Origin: a virus
Virus record (IMG/VR): IMGVR_UViG_3300000228_000002
Location: 1-64,000 of that record
Strand: one strand, 5' to 3'
Length of the DNA: 64,000 nucleotides
In this document: positions 1 through 9,765 of the stretch, piece after piece
Layout of the letters: each line of letters opens with the position of its first letter
Numbering within the stretch: the stretch's first letter is position 1
Position numbers and translations under genes: made by a program
The notes under the pieces: generated by a model
What the model saw: only the letters and a program-made list of their open reading frames with translations
What the model was told of the DNA's origin: nothing
The model's database searches: none

Positions 1-45
1 ATAAGGATCGTGTGATGGACCTACTGTATATCTGGACGATTTGAT

Positions 46-2016
46 TTATGAAGGAAGCTTGGATCTGCTAGCTTTGGTCCACCCTTCTGCTACGTCCTCC
101 CAATCATGGTTTTCCACAGTCTTGGTGAACCATTTGTCACTTTCTATCTTGTCTTTAAGTTCTGCACCTTCTTTTGTCTTCAAGTCGATGTATTTACCAT
201 GTTCATCTTGAATAGAAAGGACACTCATGTCTGAGAAGAACCATGTGTTTTGACCACGGTTCCCGTCTGCATCTGCACCGTAGCCATGCTCAAAATCAAA
301 GCACTGTTCAACCTCAACTTCATAGATTTGAGGCTCGCCATTGGCATCCTCAATCTCAACATCGGAAAAGGAGTGAGTTAAACACTTATCCGATGCTACA
401 GTCTTTTTTCCAGAGATAGCCTCGTCAATTTTTGGTTGCTTAGCATAATCTTCTAGACCTTTCTGAATAAAGAGAAGGGTATCCCCTTTATCTTCGAAAG
501 TCACACCGTTATTACTGGCAAAATCAAGACAAAGCTTCTCAAGAGATTGCTCAAGAGCTTCTTGGCCATATAGCTTGTGGTAATCATTAAGATTCTTAGT
601 AAGGTTCTTAAGGAAGTTAGCCTTTAGGTTCTTTCCAGTGGCATCTTCGTTAGTTAAAAGAGTAAATTTCTTGTTGACATCAGCATTGCAAGAGTTAAAA
701 TCTTCCATTTCCTCATTTGCTTCAACAGTCTCATGTTCTACCATGTTTGAGTAGGCATCAGGCTTATACGATTTCTCAAGTGCAGCTCTCATTTGAGCCA
801 TTTTGGATTCATCTACATTCTGTTCGAAACCAACCAAGAAATCTTCAAGTGAGTAGTCAGCATTTTCGCTTAAAGGTTCAAATCCTTTATCGTGTGCAAT
901 ACACGGTATCTCAAGAGGTAAATCACCGTCTTGAATTGCACACTCTACCTGTTTGCTTGTTCCATAAACCCAAACCTCAGGTAGAATTTCTTCCCAAGAC
1001 ACTGTCTCAGAAGCTTGGACTTTAGCCAAACTACGAGAATCTTCCACGTGAAGAATGATTTTCTTATCCAGTTCTTCAATACTTGTGATAAGGAACTCAC
1101 CTTGGGCCACTGGATTATCGATAAGAACTACGATTTCAGAAGAATCGTTAAAGTGTCCGAGTGTTTGTAGGAATCCCAAATAATCGTATGCATCTTTAGG
1201 TACACAGTTATTAGCAATAATCGTAGTATAGCCATTGATAGTTTTGACTTTACAGACCGGGTAAGAATCGCCAGTACCATCATTCTGAATGATCATTGCA
1301 CAGTCGTCATCATTGGTACCAAGACCATCTGTTAAATCCTTAACAGTCATGACTGGTGTTGCAGCTTTGGCAATTTCTTCTGCCTCAACCAAGTTCCCTT
1401 CTACGTAAACAGCTGAATTGTAGCTCTCTTCAAGAGTTTCTCTCATAGCTTGGAGTCGATCTTCATCCGATTCGGCCAAGTCTGCAAAATTTGCAAGCTC
1501 GAAGTTCGGTTCATCACTTCCACCATTGTACCCTACTCCACCGTAAATCATTGGGAGTTGGCAGATAACACCGTCCGAAATGTGTGCCCAGACATCAACT
1601 TGTTCTTGTGTTCCGTAGATTTCATTTCCTTGATCATCAGCATGCCACATTGGGGTAGAGGCAGTAGCTTCCTGACCCTTCACCAGTTCGTTAGTGGCAT
1701 TCTTTACCATATCTTTAAATTGCTCGGACCCGAGGAAATCCTCGAAAGTGTGGTAATTGCAACCACCAAGAAAATCCTCGCCAAAACCATGTTCCAGATT
1801 TTCTTCATCACCCTTATTGCACACCTTTACGTGAGCAGTAAACCAGGCAGCTTTATTTCCAGAGAAGAACTTCAATTGTATCTCATCGGAAACACTCTCT
1901 TCCATATAAGAGTCACTCAAAGTAGAAGGATCAACATCGTCCTCCACAGCTTTGAAGATTACTGAAAGTTCAGGATTCTCAGGGTGAGGTAGAATTTTTT
2001 CCAAGTATGTTTTCAT
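46..2016 (-). CDS. Acidic modular polyprotein (putative virion-packaged, protease-processed)
   Basis: 656 aa, very D/E-rich. Modules are separated by EATA|S, AKA|A, VQA|S, VEA|N and TVA|S. One module is internally duplicated (YGTxxQV...MRxxLExSY twice). Confidence 0.7.
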   Translation of the reverse strand: MKTYLEKILPHPENPELSVIFKAVEDDVDPSTLSDSYMEESVSDEIQLKFFSGNKAAWFTAHVKVCNKGDEENLEHGFGEDFLGGCNYHTFEDFLGSEQFKDMVKNATNELVKGQEATASTPMWHADDQGNEIYGTQEQVDVWAHISDGVICQLPMIYGGVGYNGGSDEPNFELANFADLAESDEDRLQAMRETLEESYNSAVYVEGNLVEAEEIAKAATPVMTVKDLTDGLGTNDDDCAMIIQNDGTGDSYPVCKVKTINGYTTIIANNCVPKDAYDYLGFLQTLGHFNDSSEIVVLIDNPVAQGEFLITSIEELDKKIILHVEDSRSLAKVQASETVSWEEILPEVWVYGTSKQVECAIQDGDLPLEIPCIAHDKGFEPLSENADYSLEDFLVGFEQNVDESKMAQMRAALEKSYKPDAYSNMVEHETVEANEEMEDFNSCNADVNKKFTLLTNEDATGKNLKANFLKNLTKNLNDYHKLYGQEALEQSLEKLCLDFASNNGVTFEDKGDTLLFIQKGLEDYAKQPKIDEAISGKKTVASDKCLTHSFSDVEIEDANGEPQIYEVEVEQCFDFEHGYGADADGNRGQNTWFFSDMSVLSIQDEHGKYIDLKTKEGAELKDKIESDKWFTKTVENHDWEDVAEGWTKASRSKLPS

Positions 2017-4490
2017 TATTTAACTCCATAGAACTTGAGAATTTCTTCACAAGCCTTCTCAATTTTGTCGTTTTCGTAAATTTTGTTTGTCATTTCGTTG
2101 AGTGGCTCTAGAGCATCCTCATAATCCTCATCAGGAGTTGAGTCATTACTTTGAGCCATGAATTCTACGTAGTCTTTGATAGCATCAGAACCATCACGAA
2201 GAATAGCCAGAATCTCCTTACAAGCCAGTCCACCAACGTCTGCAAGAGCCGATCTTGGGATAGCATCACCATAGTGATCAAGATATTGATTGAGACCACC
2301 ATTATACACTTCTGCAAAGAAGTCTGCGATCTTATCAAGTGAGTGCCACTTCTTGAGGAACTCTGGTGCTACTTCAAGACGATCTTGACCCTTGCACTTT
2401 TCAAGTTCATCAATGAAGATATCATAGTTGGACGATTCTGAGGCAGTTGATACATCTGCAGAAGGATTGTGACTTTCGATAAACTTCTCAAATCTGAGTT
2501 TATCCAAAGCACCTTCGCCAATTGTTTCCTTTATGGCTTTAGAAACTGAATCCAGGTTTCCACCCTCCATTGACTTGTTGGAAACCATGTCACCCAGATA
2601 GCTACCAGCTTGTGAGTCCAGGAAGTCACGGATGACATTTTCCGTATAACCAGTCTTATTGGAAATATAATGAACTGTTAGTGTGAAAGCATTGCTAGCA
2701 TCGTCATCAGATAAGCTAAACGGAGCACCGTTCAAAGAACCGCGGAATCCCCATCCTACATTCTTAGACTTGGCATCCTCATCAGATGAAGAAGTAGCCA
2801 CAGTAGTAAGGTCGGACTCAAGAACCAACACTTTAGGGTTGTTCTTGTTGTAGTCTGCCTCTTTAGGGTAAACCATTATCTCGAACTGATCTGTCTCTTT
2901 GTTGTAGTGAACGATGGAATAGAAAGCATTCTTGAACTTTTTAAGCTCTGGAATTGAACCTGCATCCTTCTCAAATTCTTGGATAGTGAATTCTTCTTCC
3001 TCATTAGAATACTTGTTCTCAAGGAAGTCTTCAGCTTTCGCAACATCACCTTCAGAGTGGAATGAGTCCATAGACTCTTGGTAGTTTGCAAATAATTCAT
3101 CTGCTAGACCACTCAATTTATGTTCTTTTTCGTATCTGACTGCCAATCTCTCAGCCCCAGACATGTCCATATTTTTTGTTTCTTTAAGGTATTTTTCAGT
3201 TAGTTCAGTGATAAGCTCTTTAACTTTACCAGCCTCAGAAGTAGTAGCCTCTAGGTCAGTAGCTTCATCATTTTCGTTGATACGGAATTTAACTACTTTA
3301 CCTTTGAATTCTTTTCCTAATTCTTGATCTTTCAGGTGGAAGAATGCACTACCGTCCTTAACGAAATAACTAGCACTGTCGCTCATTCCTTCCTTGCGGT
3401 AAACCACTTTGCCAATTTTCTTATCATCAGATGCAGTAGACTGTCCGAGACATCCAAGAAGGAATTCGTTTGTTTTTTCTTTACTTTGTATCATTTCTGG
3501 AGTTAATCCGTTAATGAATTTATCTGCAGCAATGAGAGCTCTGTCATACGATACACTGTCTAGTGGGTGGGATAAGGTGAAACCAGGACAAGTTACCCCA
3601 ATCTCTTGGATAGATTCTTTGATAACATCAATTATCACTTCCTCATCGCCAACTTCGATTGAAGTCTGCTTATTCGTGCTGCTACCCATATTCTCCCATT
3701 CGTAGTCAACTGAGGCGGTAGATGTACCAATTATTTTTTCAACTATTTTGACTGCATCAGCATCGACCTGTCTGAAACTGTCGATTCTGTCAAGCCATTT
3801 TTTGAGATAACTCTTAACAAGTGGTCTAGCATCTTCACCTGCTTTGAGGTCGAAAATGTCGTCGAATAAGCTATCATCTCCGATTATTTCGTATGCATCT
3901 GGCAATTCTAAATAATCACCTTTTTCGTTTTTCACTACTAACCAAGGCTTGCTCATTAGCTCTTTCAGTTTAAGAGCATTTTCTTTGCTACTGAAAGGAG
4001 ATGACCACATACCTGCTGCAGCCTCATCTGGTTTGATTTCTTCCGCTTTCTTATAGAAAATCTTGGCTACACCACCAAGTTCAAGGACCTCTGCAGCCTT
4101 AGCTCTACGAATACATTTCTCATAGCTGTTAGCATTTTTGAAAGTGTTAGCCATATTTTGGGCTAATTTATGCATCTTGATTTCGTCGCCATCGGCTTTA
4201 TCACGAAGATCCTCGATTCTTTTGATATCCTTGTCACCAGGTTCTAGTCCTTTGACATCCCCATAACCTGATTCGGATTTAGAAAGAAAATCTTCTGCTG
4301 TTTGCTTAATCTTCTCAGCTTCAGATTGATCTTCAGTGTATACAATTATGTACCCATCGTCTTCCAATGAAATGTCGACCTCTGTAGTGTCGTAAATTGC
4401 TTGGAATAACTCCAATGTGGCATCACTTCTTGATGGTAGAGTAATTTTAAAGGTATCTTTTCCGAATTCTTCCATTCTCAACTTAGACAT
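2016..4490 (-). CDS. Acidic modular polyprotein with C-terminal DMP19/DUF4375-like module
   Basis: Likely start MSKLRM at 4490 (GGAG RBS, just after the upstream stop) rather than 4580. Linkers STA|S x3, SEA|G, AAA|G. C-terminal motif FFAEVYNGGLNQY. Confidence 0.7.
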   Translation of the reverse strand: MSKLRMEEFGKDTFKITLPSRSDATLELFQAIYDTTEVDISLEDDGYIIVYTEDQSEAEKIKQTAEDFLSKSESGYGDVKGLEPGDKDIKRIEDLRDKADGDEIKMHKLAQNMANTFKNANSYEKCIRRAKAAEVLELGGVAKIFYKKAEEIKPDEAAAGMWSSPFSSKENALKLKELMSKPWLVVKNEKGDYLELPDAYEIIGDDSLFDDIFDLKAGEDARPLVKSYLKKWLDRIDSFRQVDADAVKIVEKIIGTSTASVDYEWENMGSSTNKQTSIEVGDEEVIIDVIKESIQEIGVTCPGFTLSHPLDSVSYDRALIAADKFINGLTPEMIQSKEKTNEFLLGCLGQSTASDDKKIGKVVYRKEGMSDSASYFVKDGSAFFHLKDQELGKEFKGKVVKFRINENDEATDLEATTSEAGKVKELITELTEKYLKETKNMDMSGAERLAVRYEKEHKLSGLADELFANYQESMDSFHSEGDVAKAEDFLENKYSNEEEEFTIQEFEKDAGSIPELKKFKNAFYSIVHYNKETDQFEIMVYPKEADYNKNNPKVLVLESDLTTVATSSSDEDAKSKNVGWGFRGSLNGAPFSLSDDDASNAFTLTVHYISNKTGYTENVIRDFLDSQAGSYLGDMVSNKSMEGGNLDSVSKAIKETIGEGALDKLRFEKFIESHNPSADVSTASESSNYDIFIDELEKCKGQDRLEVAPEFLKKWHSLDKIADFFAEVYNGGLNQYLDHYGDAIPRSALADVGGLACKEILAILRDGSDAIKDYVEFMAQSNDSTPDEDYEDALEPLNEMTNKIYENDKIEKACEEILKFYGVK

Positions 4491-4491
4491 A

Positions 4492-5079
4492 TTAACTCCG
4501 TGCGGATTTTGATAAATAAATCTTATAGAACAGTTTTGATGCATCATAGAAATCACTAGGTGCAATCGTTTCCTGTCCAAGAATTACTCTCAATTTAAAT
4601 GGGCTCTGCCCTAGTACAAATTTGAAAGCATGATAAATTATCTCAGAACAATAAAATTTGTCAATGTTCGAGGTATTAATCGAGAAGTCGTATGGCTTAC
4701 CTATTTGTCTACTGCAAAAGTCCACTGCCAACCATTTCTGTTCATCCGTCATAAAGTTAGGACGAGAAACAGCACAATAGTCTTTACCAAATAGAAACCA
4801 AGCTAAGCTGGTCTCTACTACTCCGTGGGTTGTTGCTTCAATTACTTTACCATTTCCGTCATATATGGCAACATGACCCCAGAATCCAGGAATGAAAAGG
4901 TTCGAAAGTTCTCCACGTGTTCTAGTGGATATTACATCCCCAACTTTGAGAACTGTAAGCATATGCTCATAGTCTGCCTGTTCTATTCTCTTTCTGCTGA
5001 ATGGCATATAAACTTTTGCAATTCTTTGCGAAAAGAAAGATGTCACTTTAAGTAGATTTCTCTGAATCCATGATTTCAT
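4492..5079 (-). CDS. YiiX/YebB-like permuted papain-like (NlpC/P60) amidase
   Basis: Motifs GDVI, WGHVAIY, VIEAT, GKPYDF and FYCSEII, with His before Cys (permuted order). Confidence 0.85.
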   Translation of the reverse strand: MKSWIQRNLLKVTSFFSQRIAKVYMPFSRKRIEQADYEHMLTVLKVGDVISTRTRGELSNLFIPGFWGHVAIYDGNGKVIEATTHGVVETSLAWFLFGKDYCAVSRPNFMTDEQKWLAVDFCSRQIGKPYDFSINTSNIDKFYCSEIIYHAFKFVLGQSPFKLRVILGQETIAPSDFYDASKLFYKIYLSKSARS

Positions 5080-7424
5080 TTAATTACTGCCTTGTCTATG
5101 GTAGGTTTGCTAACCTTGTCCGAATGTGGGTATACTGCTTTGGCTCTATAGCCGTAAGTTTCAAAGTCTTCTAATTCCTTGCCTTCAATAACCTTGATTG
5201 GGATAGACATATTCAATACTATAGCAGTGTTGATTCTATGTTGTCCGTCCAATGCATACAGAGAATTTTTCCACTTGACCACCATTGGTTCAAGGGTTGC
5301 TTTAATAATTTTCTCTGCCTCTTCGTGGGAGACGGGTTCTCTGTCTGAGTGATCAAAAAACGTTTCATCGTGATTGGTGTGGATCTTTTTCAATTGTTCA
5401 GGAGTCATAATAACAATATCTGCACTGTCTATTAGATCGTTCAAAAAATCTTGGCCAACGTTGAAATCGGTTCTTCTCTCTAGGTGGTTGAAGCCATCCT
5501 TATGAGTAGTATCTTCTGAGGCAGTGGCCTCAAATTTCTTGTCCATTTTCATTTTGTCCATTACGATAGAATTGACCCTTACTTTGGATTTTGGTTTGAG
5601 TCTGATTTCACACTCTCCATTTCCTCTAGGGTGAATCCAGTGTTCAATAGTCTCTGCCCAGTCAACGTTTGATTCCTCTGCAAGTCCTTCCAGTACGACT
5701 AATTTTTGACTCTTGTCACCCCAGTAGGTAGACACTTTGTCTTTATCCCAAGTCCAGTATATACCAATATCTTTCTTGTTGATCTTGTTCTCATCATTAA
5801 TTCGGATGCCTCTGTATATAGGCTTACCGATAATATTTTCCAAGTCACTTCTCAGTTCGGATTCATTCTTGATCGGATCGATGAAATTGGAATAGACACC
5901 GTTTTTGTAATCTTCTTGTACCTTCTGTAATGCCTTCTCAAACGAAGAGCTAGCATAGGCAAGCTTCGGATCTGTCTCTTTGAAAGTGTTGTCGTTGATG
6001 TCTTTATACCTGACCTTGTCGAATTCCTTGGCTTTATCCAGGAAATCCTTAGCTTTCAGATTGACCTTAATACAACTAACATCTTTCTTTTCATCGAGGT
6101 TAAGGTTTGCCAGCCACTTGTGGTGACCATCCAATATGTAATTGTCACTAGACACCAGTAGGGGCTTCTTCAGCTTCTCTTTATCGGGACCCATCAACTG
6201 AACTTTGCCCATGTTGAATTCGTTCTGAGTAGGCTTCAGTTTGAGTGGAGATATTTTGACTTCCTTAACTTCAACCCCTTCCTCTTTAAGGAACTCTATG
6301 AATTTCTCAAAGTGCTTCTTCTTGATCTGAGGCATGTTACGTCTTGGAATACCAAGGTTCTTATCCTTATTTGGTATTTCTAGTGCAACAGTGGTGGGTC
6401 TATTTGTGATGAAGGCTTTATCTACGAAAACGTCAACGGTGCTATCCAGTTCCAAATACCCACTAAGGTAGGCTTTGATCTCTTTGTAAGCTTTCTCATT
6501 GGCTTCTTTAACGTGGACTTCAAGTATAGACTTTCCTGGTTCATTGTACTTGTACACACGACCTATGTTGACCATATCCATATTGGATAAATCTTCCAAC
6601 ATGTCGATCATGGCCTTTCGTTGTCCAGGTTCAGTAGAGAGCTTGAACTTGAACTCTCTTTTTGATGTAGAGGCAAATGAATTTGTCCCCACGTCGAAGT
6701 CACTTGAATAATTTTGAAGACCTTTATCGATCTCGGAAGAATGATTACCAAATAAATATCGGTACGAATCCTGGACATCAAATATGTTGCTTTCGCCTTT
6801 CTCTCTTTCGATGTGTCTGTCCAAGAAACCCTGTTGCTCACGTTCAGTTAGCATCTTAGTTAGAATACGATAGAAATAGTCTTTGTCAATAGAATTGTAG
6901 TATTTGTTTCTAATGTACTCTAGGTTTCCAGATTCTGTTAGTGTTGGTTTCTTGTCAAACTCTTCCAACTGCTCACGACTGAATTCACCTGCTCCATACT
7001 CGATCAGATTGTACAAGGAAACAGAGGCTGCAGTAGGATAGGCATCGATCCATTTGCTTCTAGTCAGACCTTTTGGATAACGGATCATGCGACTCATAAA
7101 TCTGAAGTCTTTATTTCGACTTCTGTTCTCCAGGAATCCAAATTCTTTGTACCATTTGATAAGTTTGTTTGTTTTGATTTCAGATGGGCTAAGTACAATG
7201 ATTTTCCCGTTGTCGTCGGCCCACTTGATGAGCTTATTCATTAAGGCAGTTCCGTAGCCCTTTCCTCTGTATTCTTTTGCAATTTCTACTAGCTTGAGTT
7301 CTATAGCATTTCTACCGGGGTAATCGAAGATGTCCAAATATGGATAGCCTTTTGGTCCTTTCTCCAAGTATTCGTGAAATTCCTTTCTCAAATCATCCTC
7401 AATGAAAGCATGAACTGTACTCAT
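5076..7424 (-). CDS. Modular polyprotein: GNAT + two ParB/Srx-like + ADP-ribosyltransferase-like modules
   Basis: GNAT: EYRGKGYGTALM...WYKEFGF. ParB-like: LKPTQ...ILDGHHKW and ALDGQHR. ART-like: IYRGI...GIYWT...ECEIRL. Modules are bounded by x-x-A|S linkers. Confidence 0.75.
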   Translation of the reverse strand: MSTVHAFIEDDLRKEFHEYLEKGPKGYPYLDIFDYPGRNAIELKLVEIAKEYRGKGYGTALMNKLIKWADDNGKIIVLSPSEIKTNKLIKWYKEFGFLENRSRNKDFRFMSRMIRYPKGLTRSKWIDAYPTAASVSLYNLIEYGAGEFSREQLEEFDKKPTLTESGNLEYIRNKYYNSIDKDYFYRILTKMLTEREQQGFLDRHIEREKGESNIFDVQDSYRYLFGNHSSEIDKGLQNYSSDFDVGTNSFASTSKREFKFKLSTEPGQRKAMIDMLEDLSNMDMVNIGRVYKYNEPGKSILEVHVKEANEKAYKEIKAYLSGYLELDSTVDVFVDKAFITNRPTTVALEIPNKDKNLGIPRRNMPQIKKKHFEKFIEFLKEEGVEVKEVKISPLKLKPTQNEFNMGKVQLMGPDKEKLKKPLLVSSDNYILDGHHKWLANLNLDEKKDVSCIKVNLKAKDFLDKAKEFDKVRYKDINDNTFKETDPKLAYASSSFEKALQKVQEDYKNGVYSNFIDPIKNESELRSDLENIIGKPIYRGIRINDENKINKKDIGIYWTWDKDKVSTYWGDKSQKLVVLEGLAEESNVDWAETIEHWIHPRGNGECEIRLKPKSKVRVNSIVMDKMKMDKKFEATASEDTTHKDGFNHLERRTDFNVGQDFLNDLIDSADIVIMTPEQLKKIHTNHDETFFDHSDREPVSHEEAEKIIKATLEPMVVKWKNSLYALDGQHRINTAIVLNMSIPIKVIEGKELEDFETYGYRAKAVYPHSDKVSKPTIDKAVIK

Positions 7425-7591
7425 TCTATAACCTCAATATTATCTAAATCTTCGGATGTAACGTGGTAAGACTTATCGGTATTCTTCTCGATATTCTTCT
7501 CGGAGATTATGGTATGATTTTCAGTGGATAAAACAACCACCCCAAATACACCACCATACTTAACAGAGGAGCCAACAGGTATTAAACACAT
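7421..7591 (-). CDS. Small hypothetical protein (56 aa; below the ORF-track cutoff)
   Basis: MCLIPVGSSVKYGGVFGVVV...; its stop overlaps the ATG of the next gene (ATGA). Confidence 0.55.
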   Translation of the reverse strand: MCLIPVGSSVKYGGVFGVVVLSTENHTIISEKNIEKNTDKSYHVTSEDLDNIEVIE

Positions 7592-7624
7592 ATTACTAAA
7601 AAATAAGGTTCATAAAATGGGAGA

Positions 7625-7894
7625 ATGAAATCGGAAGAAGATTACAAGTGGTATGATGAGAGAAATCAGGAAGGTCGTCGTCCTTCTATAAATCACCGTG
7701 GTTTAATGCCTAAATGTTTTAACTGTAATGGAACATATCAGAGTGGGAAGTCAGATAGAGAAGGACAGGTTCTAGTAACACATCCCAGAAACTCCTGTCC
7801 TTTCAAGAAGAGTATTTACGGAAAAGATGAGTTGGAGTGTATAGCACAGATAAGGGAGTCAAACGAGGCTATGCTCAAGAAGAGGACTACTTAG
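7625..7894 (+). CDS. Hypothetical protein with CxxC motif
   Basis: GGAG RBS; CFNC...HP..SC. Confidence 0.55.
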   Translation: MKSEEDYKWYDERNQEGRRPSINHRGLMPKCFNCNGTYQSGKSDREGQVLVTHPRNSCPFKKSIYGKDELECIAQIRESNEAMLKKRTT

Positions 7895-8063
7895 TAAGAA
7901 CAGCCCCACAATTTTTGGCTTTGTTCTTTGCATTTTCTGCATCTGCCACTAGGCATTTGAGGTCTGCCTCCTCATATTGGTCAAGTTCCTTCTGAAACTT
8001 TACCCACGACGGATCAACCGAGCCACATCCAGCCAGATACACAACAAAGATGAGGAACTTCAT
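7887..8063 (-). CDS. Small lipoprotein (58 aa)
   Basis: MKFLIFVVYLAGC lipobox; not in the ORF track. Confidence 0.6.
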   Translation of the reverse strand: MKFLIFVVYLAGCGSVDPSWVKFQKELDQYEEADLKCLVADAENAKNKAKNCGAVLTK

Positions 8064-8092
8064 AAACCGCCCTTAGTTTAAATTTTTCCAGA

Positions 8093-8680
8093 ATGAAGCT
8101 AGTCAAACCAGGCAATTTACAAAATATTCTAACAGTAGTAACCTCGAACGTTGGGGAACGAAAGTTCAACCTGACCGAGATTCAATGTCCAGTGATCAGT
8201 GGGTTCAAATACTGTAAGTGGTGTGCCAAAAATCCAGTCTATGGTCAGAAACAGTATTGCAGTGAAGATTGCAAATTCTCTATCTATTGTTTCTGCTACC
8301 CTCAGACGTTCCCTGCTACCAGAGTATTACTGGAAAGACAAGGTTTCTCCTGCTCCACTTGTAACTATAGCTACATTGATGCCATTGAGAAAGCTATAGT
8401 AGATTGTAAGAAGCTCGAACCAAATCTAGAGTGGGATGTAAATGCCGAGTGGATAGTTAGCACAGCCAAGAAGTATATCCCAGATGAGAGAAGAATAGAA
8501 ACCGATCACATCATAGCTATTAGCAATGGTGGTGATAGCTTCGGTCTATCAAATGTTGAGATAAAGTGTAATAGTTGTCACAAGAGCAAGAGTAGTGACG
8601 AGTCCCGTATACGAAATAAAGAACAGAATATGTATAGCGGGACTCGTAGCACTTATAAGAAAGTTCGGGATATGAATTAG
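8093..8680 (+). CDS. HNH endonuclease with zinc ribbons
   Basis: CKWC...YCSEDC, CSTC, ETDHIIAISNGG...NVEIKCNSCH. Confidence 0.85.
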   Translation: MKLVKPGNLQNILTVVTSNVGERKFNLTEIQCPVISGFKYCKWCAKNPVYGQKQYCSEDCKFSIYCFCYPQTFPATRVLLERQGFSCSTCNYSYIDAIEKAIVDCKKLEPNLEWDVNAEWIVSTAKKYIPDERRIETDHIIAISNGGDSFGLSNVEIKCNSCHKSKSSDESRIRNKEQNMYSGTRSTYKKVRDMN

Positions 8681-8955
8681 TAGCCTAGGGCCTTTTTAAC
8701 AGGACCCTCTTCAGACGGAGTGTCTTTAGTCATTACGACAGAACTAGCTGCTGCATCTTGAGGTTTTTCAAATTTTTCTGCGTCTTCTGGATTTTGACCG
8801 TGCTCGAGGTTGGTAGCCTCGTCCTTCATGTTTTCAAGAGCTACTTTAGCTCTATCTAGGTCTGCTTTGGCGATTTTTCCGCCTTTAACCCAGATACCGC
8901 ACTTGACTAAGAAGTCAATTACTTCGTTCTTCGACATTTCACTAGCTGATTTCAC
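8677..8955 (-). CDS. Hypothetical protein (possible head-associated; KSA|S and AAA|S motifs)
   Basis: GTG start coupled to the upstream stop; GGAGG RBS. Confidence 0.55.
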   Translation of the reverse strand: MKSASEMSKNEVIDFLVKCGIWVKGGKIAKADLDRAKVALENMKDEATNLEHGQNPEDAEKFEKPQDAAASSVVMTKDTPSEEGPVKKALGY

Positions 8956-9140
8956 TAAGCCTCCAATTCAGCCTTCAGGGCATCGATGGCCGCTTGAAGA
9001 GCTGTTTCTGCAGATTCAATAGCAGTTACACTAGTTAACTGTAAAGATGCTGCTTCAATCTTAGCACTATGCAACAACGTCATTGATGATTTCAATTGAA
9101 CCATAATTTGTCGTTTTTTGTATTGTTCTAAAGTTTCCAT
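8955..9140 (-). CDS. Small helical hypothetical protein
   Basis: 61 aa, coupled in an operon, amphipathic helices. Confidence 0.55.
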   Translation of the reverse strand: METLEQYKKRQIMVQLKSSMTLLHSAKIEAASLQLTSVTAIESAETALQAAIDALKAELEA

Positions 9141-9147
9141 ATGACCC

Positions 9148-9567
9148 CTATTTATTTAGCTTCAAGTTAAGTATCTCGTTCAGAGCTTCTTGATAAGATA
9201 TCTCACCCTTACTTAAACGACCAAAAATAAGACCTTCCAACTCTGCAGTTCCGATGCTCTTATGCTGAGGCCACAAATTTTGTTCCTCGTTGGAGCCACC
9301 CATGAATAGTGGGACCAGATGGTCTATAGTGTAGTTCCCCCTATCACCTTCAGGTATCTGGTACTTGTTGTAAATCTTATTACGAGTGGCGCTGGACACG
9401 TTTCTATTGCATACTGCCACTTTGTTCGCATATCTAATCTCTCTTAATTCAGAGGACTTTTCGGTACAAAAATGTGGATAGTTGAAACGGGAATCTGGCT
9501 TTACGGGATAGGCAAAAGAAAGATTCAGTGTTAGTAATGAAGTGGTTAGTATTAATAACAATTTCAT
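9148..9567 (-). CDS. Secreted HNH-family nuclease
   Basis: N-terminal signal peptide (MKLLLILTTSLLTLNLSFA); IDHLVPLFMGGSNEEQNLWPQ. Confidence 0.75.
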   Translation of the reverse strand: MKLLLILTTSLLTLNLSFAYPVKPDSRFNYPHFCTEKSSELREIRYANKVAVCNRNVSSATRNKIYNKYQIPEGDRGNYTIDHLVPLFMGGSNEEQNLWPQHKSIGTAELEGLIFGRLSKGEISYQEALNEILNLKLNK

Positions 9568-9608
9568 ATATCTCCTAGATTAGTTTTAAGAAAATTAAGA
9601 GGTTCCTT

Positions 9609-9764
9609 ATGAAACTTAAAGACAACTCCATTGTAAGACATCCGAAATTCGGAAATGGTAAAGTCAAGCATTTCTCTTCAGAGAAAGTCATCGTAGACTT
9701 TGGCAAATTCGACATCACTTTTGAACCGAGTCAGGCTAATTCAGAACTTGAAGTTATCGGTTAA
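9609..9764 (+). CDS. Stand-alone Tudor-like mini-protein (51 aa)
   Basis: VRHPKFGNGKV...VIVDF resembles the PcrA/UvrD C-terminal Tudor domain; AGAGG RBS; not in the ORF track. Confidence 0.6.
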   Translation: MKLKDNSIVRHPKFGNGKVKHFSSEKVIVDFGKFDITFEPSQANSELEVIG

Positions 9765-9765
9765 T

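Noticed and set aside
4492-5079. YiiX-like papain as the polyprotein-processing protease
   Set aside because: Only its position between two polyproteins supports this. The family is mainly lipid/amide hydrolases, and the A|S motif fits an assemblin-fold serine protease better.
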